Positions 39,230-47,858 of a stretch of 50,864 bases of DNA are shown here, one piece after another (the stretch's first letter is position 1; every line of letters starts with the position of its first letter). The position numbers and the translations under genes were made by a program. This stretch comes from Candidatus Gottesmanbacteria bacterium GW2011_GWA2_43_14 (GTDB lineage: Bacteria; Patescibacteriota; Microgenomatia; 2-02-FULL-39-11). The notes below the pieces were generated by a model. That model had not been told where the DNA came from and ran no database searches. It saw nothing but the letters and a program-made list of their open reading frames with translations. The stretch lies in assembly GCA_000999095.1 (NCBI GenBank), contig LCFP01000008.1:1-50864 (forward strand), written 5' to 3'.

Positions 39230-39352
39230 ATGCAAAAGAAAAAGAACAAAAAAGTTATCCGGAAACGTAAAAATGGCAAGCTGGAGTTCGATAAAATCCT
39301 GGAAAAAGCCAGAAGGGAAGGCAAACTGACCTGTAAAAATTTATGCCCATGA
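39230..39352 (+). CDS. Possible small basic protein (40 aa), absent from the ORF track
   Basis: The sequence is MQKKKNKKVIRKRKNGKLEFDKILEKARREGKLTCKNLCP. GGAG (39219-22) lies 7 nt before the ATG, in an otherwise empty 255-nt spacer. Confidence 0.3.
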   Translation: MQKKKNKKVIRKRKNGKLEFDKILEKARREGKLTCKNLCP

Positions 39353-39366
39353 GGGTCAGGCAAAGT

Positions 39367-39819
39367 TTAAAAGCGTTTCCGGTTTTTACGGCATTTATGA
39401 TTGAGCCAGGAGGCAATTTCTTCAATTTTTAATTTCCGGTTAGCCACATCCGGACAAAAATCGATTATTTCATTTTCTGAGGCGTTAATTTCAATACCAT
39501 TCAGATAAAGAAACCTCCAAGTTGAGAAGAAACCCGTACGTTTATTCCCGTCATAAAAAGGATGATTTTTAATTAACGATTGCAGGAGTGCGGCAGCCTG
39601 CAGCCAAATATTCGGATAAAGTAAACGGCCGGAAAATGCAGCTTTAGGTCTTTCGCAGGAGGAATGAAGGAGGGTAAAATCACGGATTCCTTCTTTGCCT
39701 TTACCAATTTCCAGCATACGGTCATGGATGGCGACAATTTCTTCAATTGAAATGTAAATAATGTCAGAGGCGGGCCAGTTTTTTGATGGTTTTTTCATAC
39801 TTTTGGCCGATCCTGTCAA
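39367..39819 (-). CDS. doc: Doc (death-on-curing) Fic-fold toxin
   Basis: 150 aa. NHPFYDGNKRTGF is the Doc variant of the Fic motif, and IEEIVAIHDRMLE is typical of the N-terminus. An alternative in-frame ATG lies at 39798. Confidence 0.85.
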   Translation of the reverse strand: MTGSAKSMKKPSKNWPASDIIYISIEEIVAIHDRMLEIGKGKEGIRDFTLLHSSCERPKAAFSGRLLYPNIWLQAAALLQSLIKNHPFYDGNKRTGFFSTWRFLYLNGIEINASENEIIDFCPDVANRKLKIEEIASWLNHKCRKNRKRF

Positions 39820-40009
39820 GCCAATTATAAAATTCAGGCGTCAAATTCATTTTGGAACTATCGGCAGACGGCTTGGCATAGACCGCTTTGGCCCGATGAT
39901 TGGTTTCCACCATCATTTCATCGCCGATTTTGAGACCTGCTTCCTCCAGGAATTCTTTGGGTAAAGTCAAAGCGGCGCTGTTGCCGACCCGGATTATTTT
40001 TTGAATCAT
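39764..40009 (-). CDS. AbrB/MazE/SpoVT-fold antitoxin
   Basis: 81 aa. MIQKIIRVGNSAALTLPKEFLEEAGLKIGDEMMVE has the swapped-hairpin pattern. It lies directly upstream of doc and overlaps it. Confidence 0.8.
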   Translation of the reverse strand: MIQKIIRVGNSAALTLPKEFLEEAGLKIGDEMMVETNHRAKAVYAKPSADSSKMNLTPEFYNWLDRIGQKYEKTIKKLARL

Positions 40010-40111
40010 AATTTAACCACCTCCTTGTTATAACCGGATTATAACCAGATCAGTTCCAATGTCAATGCCTCATCGGTTGTTTTTTTCGTTCTTCTCCTAT
40101 AACCTTAATTA

Positions 40112-41062
40112 ATGTCAGAGATCCCGACAGGCAATAAACCTCCGAGAGAATCAATCGGTACAGGCAGAAGAAGATTTTTAAAATTAGCCGGTACATCAAC
40201 CCTAGCATCAATTTTAGCTGCATGCGGGTTACGGCCGCCGTCCACCCCTGATATTGGAATTGGAGGTAGCCCTGGAAATACCGAAAAAAGCAAATCCCCA
40301 CAGAATCCCAGGGTCCTTAAAGAAGCCAAAAGACTGGCTGATAATCCTTCGGAAATGAGCAATCGTTTGGAAGCTATGTCAGCCGAAGCTAAAAAAAGAA
40401 CCGTCCAGATACTTTTCGAATCCGGCCGTAAATATGATCAAAGCATTAGTGCCGAATATACTGATAATTCCGGCGGTACCGGGGTTGTTCTCTTCGAAGA
40501 CGATAATAAAGCTGTCATTCTGACTGCAAAGCATGTGGTCAGCCCGGAGAAAGAGGAGGACAAATTTTATTGGGCAAAAATCATATTGAACAAATTTCAT
40601 GAAGGCATGAAGCAGGTGGTTATTGACGATCCGTATAAATGGATAGATAAGCCCATAATGCATCCCGAACTGGATTTGGCTATTGTAGTAATCAATAAAG
40701 ATCCTGATAATCCTTTTTCTATGACAGGCGGTGTGGAGTATCCGGAACTTACCGAGATTAATCCCGGGGATAACGCCCAGATGCTTATATATCCTTTGGA
40801 TGTTACAACAAAATATATTCCTTATGATAAAGTGACAATAGCCAATCCGGACCCTGATTTAAACAGTCTTACCCCTGAGAGTGTATTTGTGGATGAGTTT
40901 AAGACTCCATCCGGAATCGGCGGCAGCGGTGCAGGATTGTGGAAAGAGGGGATACTGGGCGGTGTCCATGTAAAGGGTAAGCTGAGTGGATATCTGCACG
41001 TCATTAGAATTTCGAAGGTTACGGATTGGCTGGATGGTGTCCGGAATTTGAAAGGATTTTAA
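40112..41062 (+). CDS. Tat-signal lipoprotein, trypsin-like serine protease
   Basis: 316 aa. The signal is GRRRFLKLAGTSTLASILAAC. A triad-like order follows: ILTAKHVV (His), LDLAIVVI (Asp), GIGGSGAGLW (Ser). Confidence 0.55.
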   Translation: MSEIPTGNKPPRESIGTGRRRFLKLAGTSTLASILAACGLRPPSTPDIGIGGSPGNTEKSKSPQNPRVLKEAKRLADNPSEMSNRLEAMSAEAKKRTVQILFESGRKYDQSISAEYTDNSGGTGVVLFEDDNKAVILTAKHVVSPEKEEDKFYWAKIILNKFHEGMKQVVIDDPYKWIDKPIMHPELDLAIVVINKDPDNPFSMTGGVEYPELTEINPGDNAQMLIYPLDVTTKYIPYDKVTIANPDPDLNSLTPESVFVDEFKTPSGIGGSGAGLWKEGILGGVHVKGKLSGYLHVIRISKVTDWLDGVRNLKGF

Positions 41063-41138
41063 GCAGTTGTACCTCTTGACATATGTCGGGAAACCTATTT
41101 AAAGTAATATCAGTTACTAAATTTTATAATAAGGAAAT

Positions 41139-41258
41139 ATGCCCAAAGCCAAAAAAGCCAAACAGACCATTCTTGCAGATTCTATACTTGCCCAATACCT
41201 GATTATTTTCCTGGCCGCTTTAATCGTCTTAGCCGTTGTGGTTTATGTAGCAAATTAG
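41139..41258 (+). CDS. Possible small tail-anchored membrane protein (39 aa), absent from the ORF track
   Basis: The sequence is MPKAKKAKQTILADSILAQYLIIFLAALIVLAVVVYVAN. TATAAT (41125-30) and AAGGA lie just upstream. Confidence 0.35.
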   Translation: MPKAKKAKQTILADSILAQYLIIFLAALIVLAVVVYVAN

Positions 41259-41269
41259 GAAACCGGAAA

Positions 41270-42160
41270 ATGGCCAAACTGCCCGACGCCAATATTTTTA
41301 AGGATAAACTTACTTCCGGTGGCGTATATTCCCTGAGTCTGAAAAACAAGAAGATACTTTTTTTCGTGCTGGCCTTTTTTATTGCGGTTGTGGTTTTACT
41401 TACAGCCATGATAAACAGGCGGCTGGCCGTAAAAACATTGGATGTTAATTTGGCAGGTCAGAGCAATATTTTGGTTACAGTCGGCGAAGAGAAAATTTTC
41501 AATAAGGATTTGGAAAACGAACTGCTTTACTACCCCAAAAAAGATTCCAGGGAAGTGCGCGAACTTTTGATAAAAAAGCTGGTGGATGATTCCAGGAAAC
41601 TGCAGACAGCCAAAGATGCAGGCCTGATAACTCTTGATGCGTCCGTCTATAACAATCCCGGGAAAGACTACGCCAAAAGAATTGAATTGGTCCGCCAGGC
41701 AGAAGAATTGCTACCCCAAACCAAAGCCGGCATCTCGGGCAAGATCATTTCCGTCTGGTTTCTCAATGACAGCCCGCCGGAAATGGGCATTGAGGCAGCC
41801 CAGGCAATTGCATTAAACAAAATAACCCTTCTCCAAACGGCCGTAAAATCCGGCCAAATGACGGCTGAGGAAGCTGTGGAAAATATCAGGCAGGATTCAT
41901 CTTTGGCCCTGATAGATGCCAGCTACAAGGAAAACGCCGTTATGGAATTTGCGGTATACCAGGGGGAAAAGATTACCTGGGAAGAGGATTTCGACAATGA
42001 ATTGTGGGGTTTAGAGTCAGGCGGAGTCAGCGAAATTTTTACGGGAAAGTCGGAAAATCTGGATACCGGGGAAACAGTTGACGCCTATTATATGTTCGGT
42101 ACAGTCTCGGATGTGAGACAGGGCGCAGCGGAGGTTCAATACGATGTCGAATACAATTAA
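41270..42160 (+). CDS. Membrane-anchored hypothetical protein (possible SurA/PpiD-like chaperone N-domain)
   Basis: 296 aa. The TM is ILFFVLAFFIAVVVLLTAMI. The following helical region (IFNKDLENELLYY...RELLIKKLVDDSRKL) only loosely resembles SurA_N. Confidence 0.5.
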   Translation: MAKLPDANIFKDKLTSGGVYSLSLKNKKILFFVLAFFIAVVVLLTAMINRRLAVKTLDVNLAGQSNILVTVGEEKIFNKDLENELLYYPKKDSREVRELLIKKLVDDSRKLQTAKDAGLITLDASVYNNPGKDYAKRIELVRQAEELLPQTKAGISGKIISVWFLNDSPPEMGIEAAQAIALNKITLLQTAVKSGQMTAEEAVENIRQDSSLALIDASYKENAVMEFAVYQGEKITWEEDFDNELWGLESGGVSEIFTGKSENLDTGETVDAYYMFGTVSDVRQGAAEVQYDVEYN

Positions 42161-43121
42161 ACATATAACTGTTGCTGCAGGTGTTTTTTGCCTGTTTTTT
42201 ACCGCTCACACCCAGGTCAGTGCCTTGGCCCCGGGTGTAGAGGGAAGGGTAGTGGTTGAGGATACGGGAGCTCCGATTCCCGGCGTCTGGGTCAGATGGG
42301 AAGATTCATGGGGCAATTCCAGATATGTGCAAACAGACAGCGAAGGCAAATTTTTTTACATAAGCTGGCAGGACAGAAGCGTCAAGCGGAATGTTGAATT
42401 CAATACCATGGTGGATACCGATCTTGACGGAGTTGAGGATAGTAAACTTTCATCAACTAATGACCGAGGCTACGGCTGCCACCAGAATCCCCACTCGTTT
42501 ACCGCGGTAGTTCCCACAGGATGGCAGGGCAGTTTTACTACCGTATCCGGACAGCTATTTTCCAATGTAGGATTTACCTACAATGTCGGTGACATCTATT
42601 ATCAGTCGGCTGCTGTTGCCTCCGAATGCATCTGTGAGACAACTGAGATGACCGGGTCAATCGCTGCCGGGTCGACAGTTGATTTCACCACCGTCGCTTT
42701 TGCCTCTGATCCCGATTTAGCACGGGTTGATAATATTTCTTATAATGTCAACAAAGACGGAGTTGAGATTTTTCAATCGGGATTGACTCCTGTTGCGGAA
42801 AGAGACGACGGCAAATTCCAGTCTACCTGGTCATATACTTTCCCTGAAGAAAACGCCCAGGGGTCATACAATATTAAAGTCAATATAGGTTGTCTCGGCA
42901 AAACAGCTGAACTGATGTCCCCGCCGGTAGGTTTGTTGGGCTCTCTTGCCAGGAGCATTTCCGCTGTTTTTTCACCCCGCGGGAAATTAAATCCGGCCAG
43001 TGTTTCCAATTACCAGCTGGCCCAATCGGAAGAGTCTTTAAAACTGGGTACCTTCGAACCGGAACAGCGCAATCCTGACGTGAACATCACCTGCAAGAAA
43101 ATCAGCTTCGAATTGGAGTAG
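42144..43121 (+). CDS. Secreted protein with a carboxypeptidase-regulatory-like (CarboxypepD_reg) beta-sandwich
   Basis: 325 aa. It has a signal peptide, then VEGRVVVEDTGAPIPGVWVRWEDSWGNSRYVQTDSEGKFFY. It overlaps the upstream ORF by 17 nt. Confidence 0.55.
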   Translation: MSNTIKHITVAAGVFCLFFTAHTQVSALAPGVEGRVVVEDTGAPIPGVWVRWEDSWGNSRYVQTDSEGKFFYISWQDRSVKRNVEFNTMVDTDLDGVEDSKLSSTNDRGYGCHQNPHSFTAVVPTGWQGSFTTVSGQLFSNVGFTYNVGDIYYQSAAVASECICETTEMTGSIAAGSTVDFTTVAFASDPDLARVDNISYNVNKDGVEIFQSGLTPVAERDDGKFQSTWSYTFPEENAQGSYNIKVNIGCLGKTAELMSPPVGLLGSLARSISAVFSPRGKLNPASVSNYQLAQSEESLKLGTFEPEQRNPDVNITCKKISFELE

Positions 43122-43871
43122 TTAAAATTTAATTACCGCGTACATTCCGCTGGGTCCCTCAAGGAGTTTTTCATCAGGAATATTTAAGTTTATCATCATA
43201 TTTCCTGAAAATCTGATGCCGTCGGTTGCCATGATTACGCTTTTGCCATGTAATTTTTCAAGGGGGATACTTTTTTGAATAAGTTGCTCACCAATCCTTT
43301 CAATTCTGAGCTTTTCATAACCCAACGGGAGGTAGAGTCTGTGTTTTTGATGTATGTGATATTTTCCACGACTGATTTGGTGACCCCAGCTGTTTGTACC
43401 CAAGGAACCTATGTTAAGAATTTCGTTAGGCTCATCAATTTCTGCCCAGGATACGGAAAATCCGGTTCCCGGATCGCGCCTGTATATTTCCGCATTATCT
43501 CCTACCTTCGGATAAAAAGCAGTCAATAAATTATTAATTACCGGACTGCATTCCAAAATTCTTTCGCTTCTCCACCAGGACAATTCTTCAGGACGATCGG
43601 TTGCAAATTCAGTGACAAGTGCCTGTTGTATAAGGCTAAGGATATGTTGTTCCGTCATCGGATGTTTATTTTCATCAAGGTACATCAGAGGGGTTTTGGA
43701 GACGTCAATCAGAAACAGTGTATCACCCGTAACAGTATGTCCGTCTCCCATTTTTTCAGCTGCAAGAGAAGATTCTCTCAGGTATTTTATGGTAATATCA
43801 TGTCCCTTCAGCCGGCCTTCATATTCTTTTTTTATAAGCTGGGAATTACCGGGTTTTTCCTGTTTTGACAT
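43122..43871 (-). CDS. Hypothetical protein
   Basis: 249-aa ORF. A TAAAAT (plus 43882-43887) lies 10 nt upstream of the ATG. No motif recognised. Confidence 0.6.
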   Translation of the reverse strand: MSKQEKPGNSQLIKKEYEGRLKGHDITIKYLRESSLAAEKMGDGHTVTGDTLFLIDVSKTPLMYLDENKHPMTEQHILSLIQQALVTEFATDRPEELSWWRSERILECSPVINNLLTAFYPKVGDNAEIYRRDPGTGFSVSWAEIDEPNEILNIGSLGTNSWGHQISRGKYHIHQKHRLYLPLGYEKLRIERIGEQLIQKSIPLEKLHGKSVIMATDGIRFSGNMMINLNIPDEKLLEGPSGMYAVIKF

Positions 43872-43955
43872 ATCGTTCAGTATTTTAGCCTATCTCTAAA
43901 GGCTAAACAACCCCTGAGCTTGATACTTTTTAACCGATACGCCATACTGTTTTTA

Positions 43956-44831
43956 ATGGCTAAATTTGTTCCGGACATCAAGACCCAGCGCTGGATAGTC
44001 ATTTCCCAGACCAGGACTACCCGTCCGGACGAGCATGAACATCCGGCGGACAAGCAGAAGCCGGCTGTTTGTGTTTTCTGCACCGGCAATGAAGCCATGA
44101 CTCCCTCCGAAATAATGAGGGTAGGGGACGGGGAAAAGGACAAGCCGGGTTGGAAAGTACGGGTCGTGCCCAACAAATATCCCATCACCGACACGCATGA
44201 AGTCATCATCCACAGCCCTGAGCACAGCAGGGACATTGCCGAATTCGACTTAAACCAGGTCAACCAGCTGCTTTTGGTTTACCGCAACCGTTTCCAGGCG
44301 CATGCAGGAAACGGCCAGGTAATGCTTTTTTGCAACCACGGCAATCTGGCCGGAGCCTCACTGAACCATCCCCATTCCCAGCTGGTCCTTATTCCCAGGC
44401 AGATCAATTTGGACGCTTTGGTCAGGGAGCCGATCATGAATGTTGTTGATGACAACCACTATTTCGTCACTTATTGCCCTGATTTTTCCCAATGGCCTTA
44501 TGAAGTCTGGATTTCGCCTAAAAAAGATGGTACGGTCTTCGGCGATGTCAGTGATGAAGAGCTCAAGGATCTCTCTCAAATCCTCCAATATGCCCTGAAA
44601 AGGCTGAAAGTCAAATACCACCAGCAGACTATCTCGAGAAGTCATTCCCAGATGCCCTTTTCCTATAATTTCTATATTCACCATGCGAAAAACTGGTTTC
44701 TCAGGATTATTCCCAGATTGGTGCACCGCGCCGGCTTCGAGCTGGGCACAGGGCTGTCGGTCAATGTCGTCGATCCGACTATTGCGGCCGAGGAACTGAA
44801 AGAGATAAAAGTGGGTCTTTCTTCTGTCTAA
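43956..44831 (+). CDS. galT: Galactose-1-phosphate uridylyltransferase-like (GalT/HIT branch) nucleotidyltransferase
   Basis: Motifs: CVFCTG (zinc CxxC), VVPNKYP, HEVIIHSPEH and SLNHPHSQL (HxHxQ active site). The ATG at 43956 (MAKFVPD) is preferred over the track start at 43920. Confidence 0.75.
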   Translation: MAKFVPDIKTQRWIVISQTRTTRPDEHEHPADKQKPAVCVFCTGNEAMTPSEIMRVGDGEKDKPGWKVRVVPNKYPITDTHEVIIHSPEHSRDIAEFDLNQVNQLLLVYRNRFQAHAGNGQVMLFCNHGNLAGASLNHPHSQLVLIPRQINLDALVREPIMNVVDDNHYFVTYCPDFSQWPYEVWISPKKDGTVFGDVSDEELKDLSQILQYALKRLKVKYHQQTISRSHSQMPFSYNFYIHHAKNWFLRIIPRLVHRAGFELGTGLSVNVVDPTIAAEELKEIKVGLSSV

Positions 44832-44881
44832 ACTGCTTGTTTGTATAATAGTGTTTTGGTACAATTTCCGCTTATAAAAAT

Positions 44882-45391
44882 ATGGCAGATAAATATGAGA
44901 GGAATGGGCGGTCCAGCGCCGAGGAAATAGCTGCAGCTATTAAATCAATGGCGCCTTCTCAGGAAATCCTGGACGGGTTTAATCGGATGTCGGCAATGTT
45001 GGGGTTTATTGAGGAGGGCGGAACGGATGCAATTTTTAATATCTGGAATGGAGCAACAGCGACTGGATTTGATATCAAACCCTTGGTATTAAAAGGTCCG
45101 CATATCACAATATATCGGCCAATAAGTCAAATTTCTCCGGTCAGATTTCTGCTCAGTTCCGAAGATGATGGAACGCCGAGGAATAAAACAGGCGATCATG
45201 AATTCGATTTGGCAATTTTGGCATTACCCTTCCAAACCCATTTTTCCCGTGACGGAAGTACACAGCAGTTCAGTGTAGACCTGAATTTAAAAAAAGGCAC
45301 GGTATCCGTGTCAACGGATCAAGCAGGATTTCAGTTGCACATGAATCCGAATTCACCATATTTGGAAGGAGTTGTTTCGCTCCAAATGTAA
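44882..45391 (+). CDS. Hypothetical protein
   Basis: 169-aa ORF with no motif recognised. Confidence 0.55.
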   Translation: MADKYERNGRSSAEEIAAAIKSMAPSQEILDGFNRMSAMLGFIEEGGTDAIFNIWNGATATGFDIKPLVLKGPHITIYRPISQISPVRFLLSSEDDGTPRNKTGDHEFDLAILALPFQTHFSRDGSTQQFSVDLNLKKGTVSVSTDQAGFQLHMNPNSPYLEGVVSLQM

Positions 45392-45450
45392 AATGTAAAC
45401 TGCCAATTTATTGACCCCCGGACTGGCCGGGTGATACAATCCCCTGAATT

Positions 45451-46290
45451 ATGAGCGGGTTACCTGATACTCTCAGCCCCAATCCCATTGACATCCCAGC
45501 CGGTGTAGGTCCGCATATTGAGGAATGGTTTAAGTCAGCCGGTACCAAAGGACAGAGGTTAAAATTCACAGAGAGAACGGAATTTATACCTTATTATAAT
45601 TTTACCGGATATAAACCGTGGGGATATATTTCTGACTCAGAATTGGATCATTACAGTAGTCAAATCGATCAATTAATACAAGCTGTCAGACTGGATGGAG
45701 GTAATGTTTTCTTCGATATAGGAACAGGATTGGCATTTTCAGCTATACAGTCAGCCCAACAGAGAGGGAATAACCATGTGATTTCTTTTGATAATCTGCA
45801 TGCGCCATGTTATTTTTTGGGAGACTCGAAATTAAAATATGGTGATTTGCCGGACATAATCAGACAGGATTCCGTAGTCTATTATTTCGGTCTGGATTTT
45901 TTTAATTGGCTGAATCGTTTGGAAAAGAGAAATATGTCAAAAAAAATTGAGGGTAAACCTCTGGCTGACAGAATCCAAATTCTTGCTCCGTCAGCCGATT
46001 ATTCCGGTAAGTCAGGTTCATTTATGGATAGGGCCAGATCAATCAGCAGCCTAGTAGTCATGGTGCCTGATTATGATAATGATTTTAAATTCAGACTAAC
46101 TGAAAAAGATTTAGTTGGAAGAATTCACAACGGACAGGTATTAAGAATGAGATACAGTTTAAATCAATTACAAAAGTTAATAGGCACGACTGCATCTAAA
46201 GGATTAATTGGTATGGATTCAAACGAAACGATAAACGTATATTTAGAGGGAGATAAACGCGTTTTAGAAAATATCCAGTTAACTATTTAA
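45451..46290 (+). CDS. Hypothetical protein, possibly a class I SAM-methyltransferase-like fold
   Basis: 279 aa. VFFDIGTGLAFSAIQSA resembles motif I and VISFDN resembles the acidic motif II. TGA-TACAAT (45432-45440) lies 10 nt before the ATG. Confidence 0.4.
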   Translation: MSGLPDTLSPNPIDIPAGVGPHIEEWFKSAGTKGQRLKFTERTEFIPYYNFTGYKPWGYISDSELDHYSSQIDQLIQAVRLDGGNVFFDIGTGLAFSAIQSAQQRGNNHVISFDNLHAPCYFLGDSKLKYGDLPDIIRQDSVVYYFGLDFFNWLNRLEKRNMSKKIEGKPLADRIQILAPSADYSGKSGSFMDRARSISSLVVMVPDYDNDFKFRLTEKDLVGRIHNGQVLRMRYSLNQLQKLIGTTASKGLIGMDSNETINVYLEGDKRVLENIQLTI

Positions 46291-46491
46291 TCAAACCTGT
46301 CCTTTTTGCTGCATACCCAGAAGCCAGAGGACAGCTTCTTTCTTGTACCTTCTGTCGCCCCTGGAGTTGATGCGGATGGCCGGCAGCTTGCCGCGTTTGC
46401 CCCACCTTTTGATCGTCAGGGGGGACACTCTGAGTATTTTCGCGACCTCGCGGACGGTTAGAAGTTCTGGCCAGTCGTCGCCGAGAGACAT
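46291..46491 (-). CDS. Excisionase/MerR-type HTH DNA-binding protein (stand-alone)
   Basis: 66 aa. LTVREVAKILRVSPLTIKRWGKRGKLPAIRINSRGDRRY is clearly related to the two HTH units of the collagen-like protein. Confidence 0.75.
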   Translation of the reverse strand: MSLGDDWPELLTVREVAKILRVSPLTIKRWGKRGKLPAIRINSRGDRRYKKEAVLWLLGMQQKGQV

Positions 46492-46687
46492 AACAATTCT
46501 CCTGATAAATTTTTTTAATGAGGCAGTCCCCGATCCAATCGGGGCTAGTACCGGGTCAATTGGATACTAAATGTAACATATGTACTTTCTTGTTGTCAAT
46601 GAAGATCAAAGGAGAGCAGTCACTTTGATATATTATTAAATAGTCTGACCGTAATTATATTTGTACTCCGAAAGATAAACGAACCAC

Positions 46688-46719
46688 AAAAAAACCCCCG
46701 CCTTGGCGGGGGATTTTTG
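46688..46719. terminator. Bidirectional intrinsic terminator downstream of rplL
   Basis: aaaaaaa, then cccccgcc (46695-46702), loop ttg, ggcggggg (46706-46713), then attttt. The minus strand reads an 8-bp GC stem followed by ttttttt. Confidence 0.85.
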
Positions 46720-46735
46720 ATAAAAAAACTTTTTT

Positions 46736-47125
46736 TTATTTCAGTTCAACCGTCGCGCCTGCGGCGGTCAGTTTGGTCTTGGCTTCTTCAGCGGTTTTTT
46801 TGTTGACTCCCGTCAATACGTCTTTGGGAGCTGATTCAACCAGGGTTTTCGCTTCAGTCAGACCCAAAGTAGGGACCAGTTCCCTGACTGCTTTGATGAC
46901 GCTGATTTTATTGCCGCCGGCATTTGAAAGTACCACGTTGAAAGTTGTCTGTTCGGGAGCAGTTTCTCCGCCTGCGGCTGGTACTGCACCTGCCGGAGCT
47001 GCCACAGCTACCGGAGCGGCTGATACGCCGAATTTCTCTTCCAGCGCTTTGACCAGGTCGGAAAGCTCAATCACTGACATCTCTTCAACTGCTTTTAAGA
47101 TATCGTCTTTAGAAAGTTTTGCCAT
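46736..47125 (-). CDS. rplL: 50S ribosomal protein L7/L12
   Basis: 129 aa. [35 protein letters not shown], an Ala/Pro hinge, and the C-terminal domain [25 protein letters not shown]. Confidence 0.95.
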   Translation of the reverse strand: MAKLSKDDILKAVEEMSVIELSDLVKALEEKFGVSAAPVAVAAPAGAVPAAGGETAPEQTTFNVVLSNAGGNKISVIKAVRELVPTLGLTEAKTLVESAPKDVLTGVNKKTAEEAKTKLTAAGATVELK

Positions 47126-47145
47126 CTATAAGTCACCACCTTTCG

Positions 47146-47679
47146 TTAATTAGCCTTTTTGTTTTTAACGTTTTCAAGGACTGTTACAAATTGCTGCAGG
47201 TTCCAGCTGAGTGCGTAGTGGAAACCCTGAATAGGCGAGTTTAAGCGGTTCAAGAGGGTGGTAAGAAGAATATTGCGGGAAGGAAGGGAAGCCAGTTTTT
47301 TGAAATCGGCTTCTGAAGCGATTGATCCCGAGAAAAAACCTGCTTTGACTTTGGGCATAGTGGCATTTTTGGCGAAATCAGCCAGTATTTTGACTGCCTC
47401 AATTTCATCCCCGAAGGCAAAGAGCATGGCTGTCGATTGCTTGAGATGTTCATAGAGAGGCTCCAGAGTCTTATCCTTTTCCTCCATGCCTTTTTTGAGA
47501 AGCGTATTTTTGACTACTACGTAGTCCGCCTCGACTTTTTTCAGTTTTCTTCTGAGGTCCTCGAGTTCCTTGTGGGTCAAGCCTTTGTAATCGGTCAGGA
47601 AAAAAGCTTTTGCCCTGGCGAATTTATCGGACAAATCCTTAACCGTGTCCTGTTTTTTCTGGTTGGGTTTGGTTTTCAT
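47146..47679 (-). CDS. rplJ: 50S ribosomal protein L10
   Basis: 177 aa. FFLTDYKGLTHKELEDLRRKLKKVEADYVVVKNTLL. It lies directly upstream of rplL. Confidence 0.9.
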   Translation of the reverse strand: MKTKPNQKKQDTVKDLSDKFARAKAFFLTDYKGLTHKELEDLRRKLKKVEADYVVVKNTLLKKGMEEKDKTLEPLYEHLKQSTAMLFAFGDEIEAVKILADFAKNATMPKVKAGFFSGSIASEADFKKLASLPSRNILLTTLLNRLNSPIQGFHYALSWNLQQFVTVLENVKNKKAN

Positions 47680-47858
47680 ATCTTCTCGGCTAGAGCTATA
47701 TAAAAATCCCCTCTAAATGAGGGGACACATAAATGCTCTGTGTTTTCCCTCGGCAGGGTGTCGGTTTAATCCCGGTTATATCGGGGCCCCGCTGTCTTTA
47801 GGATTTTAAAATCTTACCAGATTCAGAAGTTTAATGCAACCAAAATGGTAAACCCGGA
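47680..47858 (-). promoter_or_regulatory. rplJ 5' leader with a terminator-like hairpin (candidate L10-leader-type autoregulatory element)
   Basis: On the minus strand, cccctc-attta-gagggg (plus 47708-47724) is followed by atttttat about 25 nt before the rplJ ATG. Further GC-rich helices (e.g. cggggccccg 47782-47791) lie upstream. Confidence 0.45.

Noticed and set aside
46291-46491. Excisionase-type HTH gene as a marker of an integrated prophage or mobile element next to rplL
   Set aside because: No integrase, att-like repeats, tRNA target or phage genes lie nearby. The same HTH type is used as a domain in the collagen-like protein, so it is probably a lineage-typical regulator.
30115-47153. 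Long antisense ORFs inside confident genes (e.g. 30115-30582, 33565-33903, 44358-44864, 46773-47153)
   Set aside because: Each lies fully within, and opposite to, a gene with clear family motifs (sipW, the ECF sigma gene, galT, rplL), and none has independent support.
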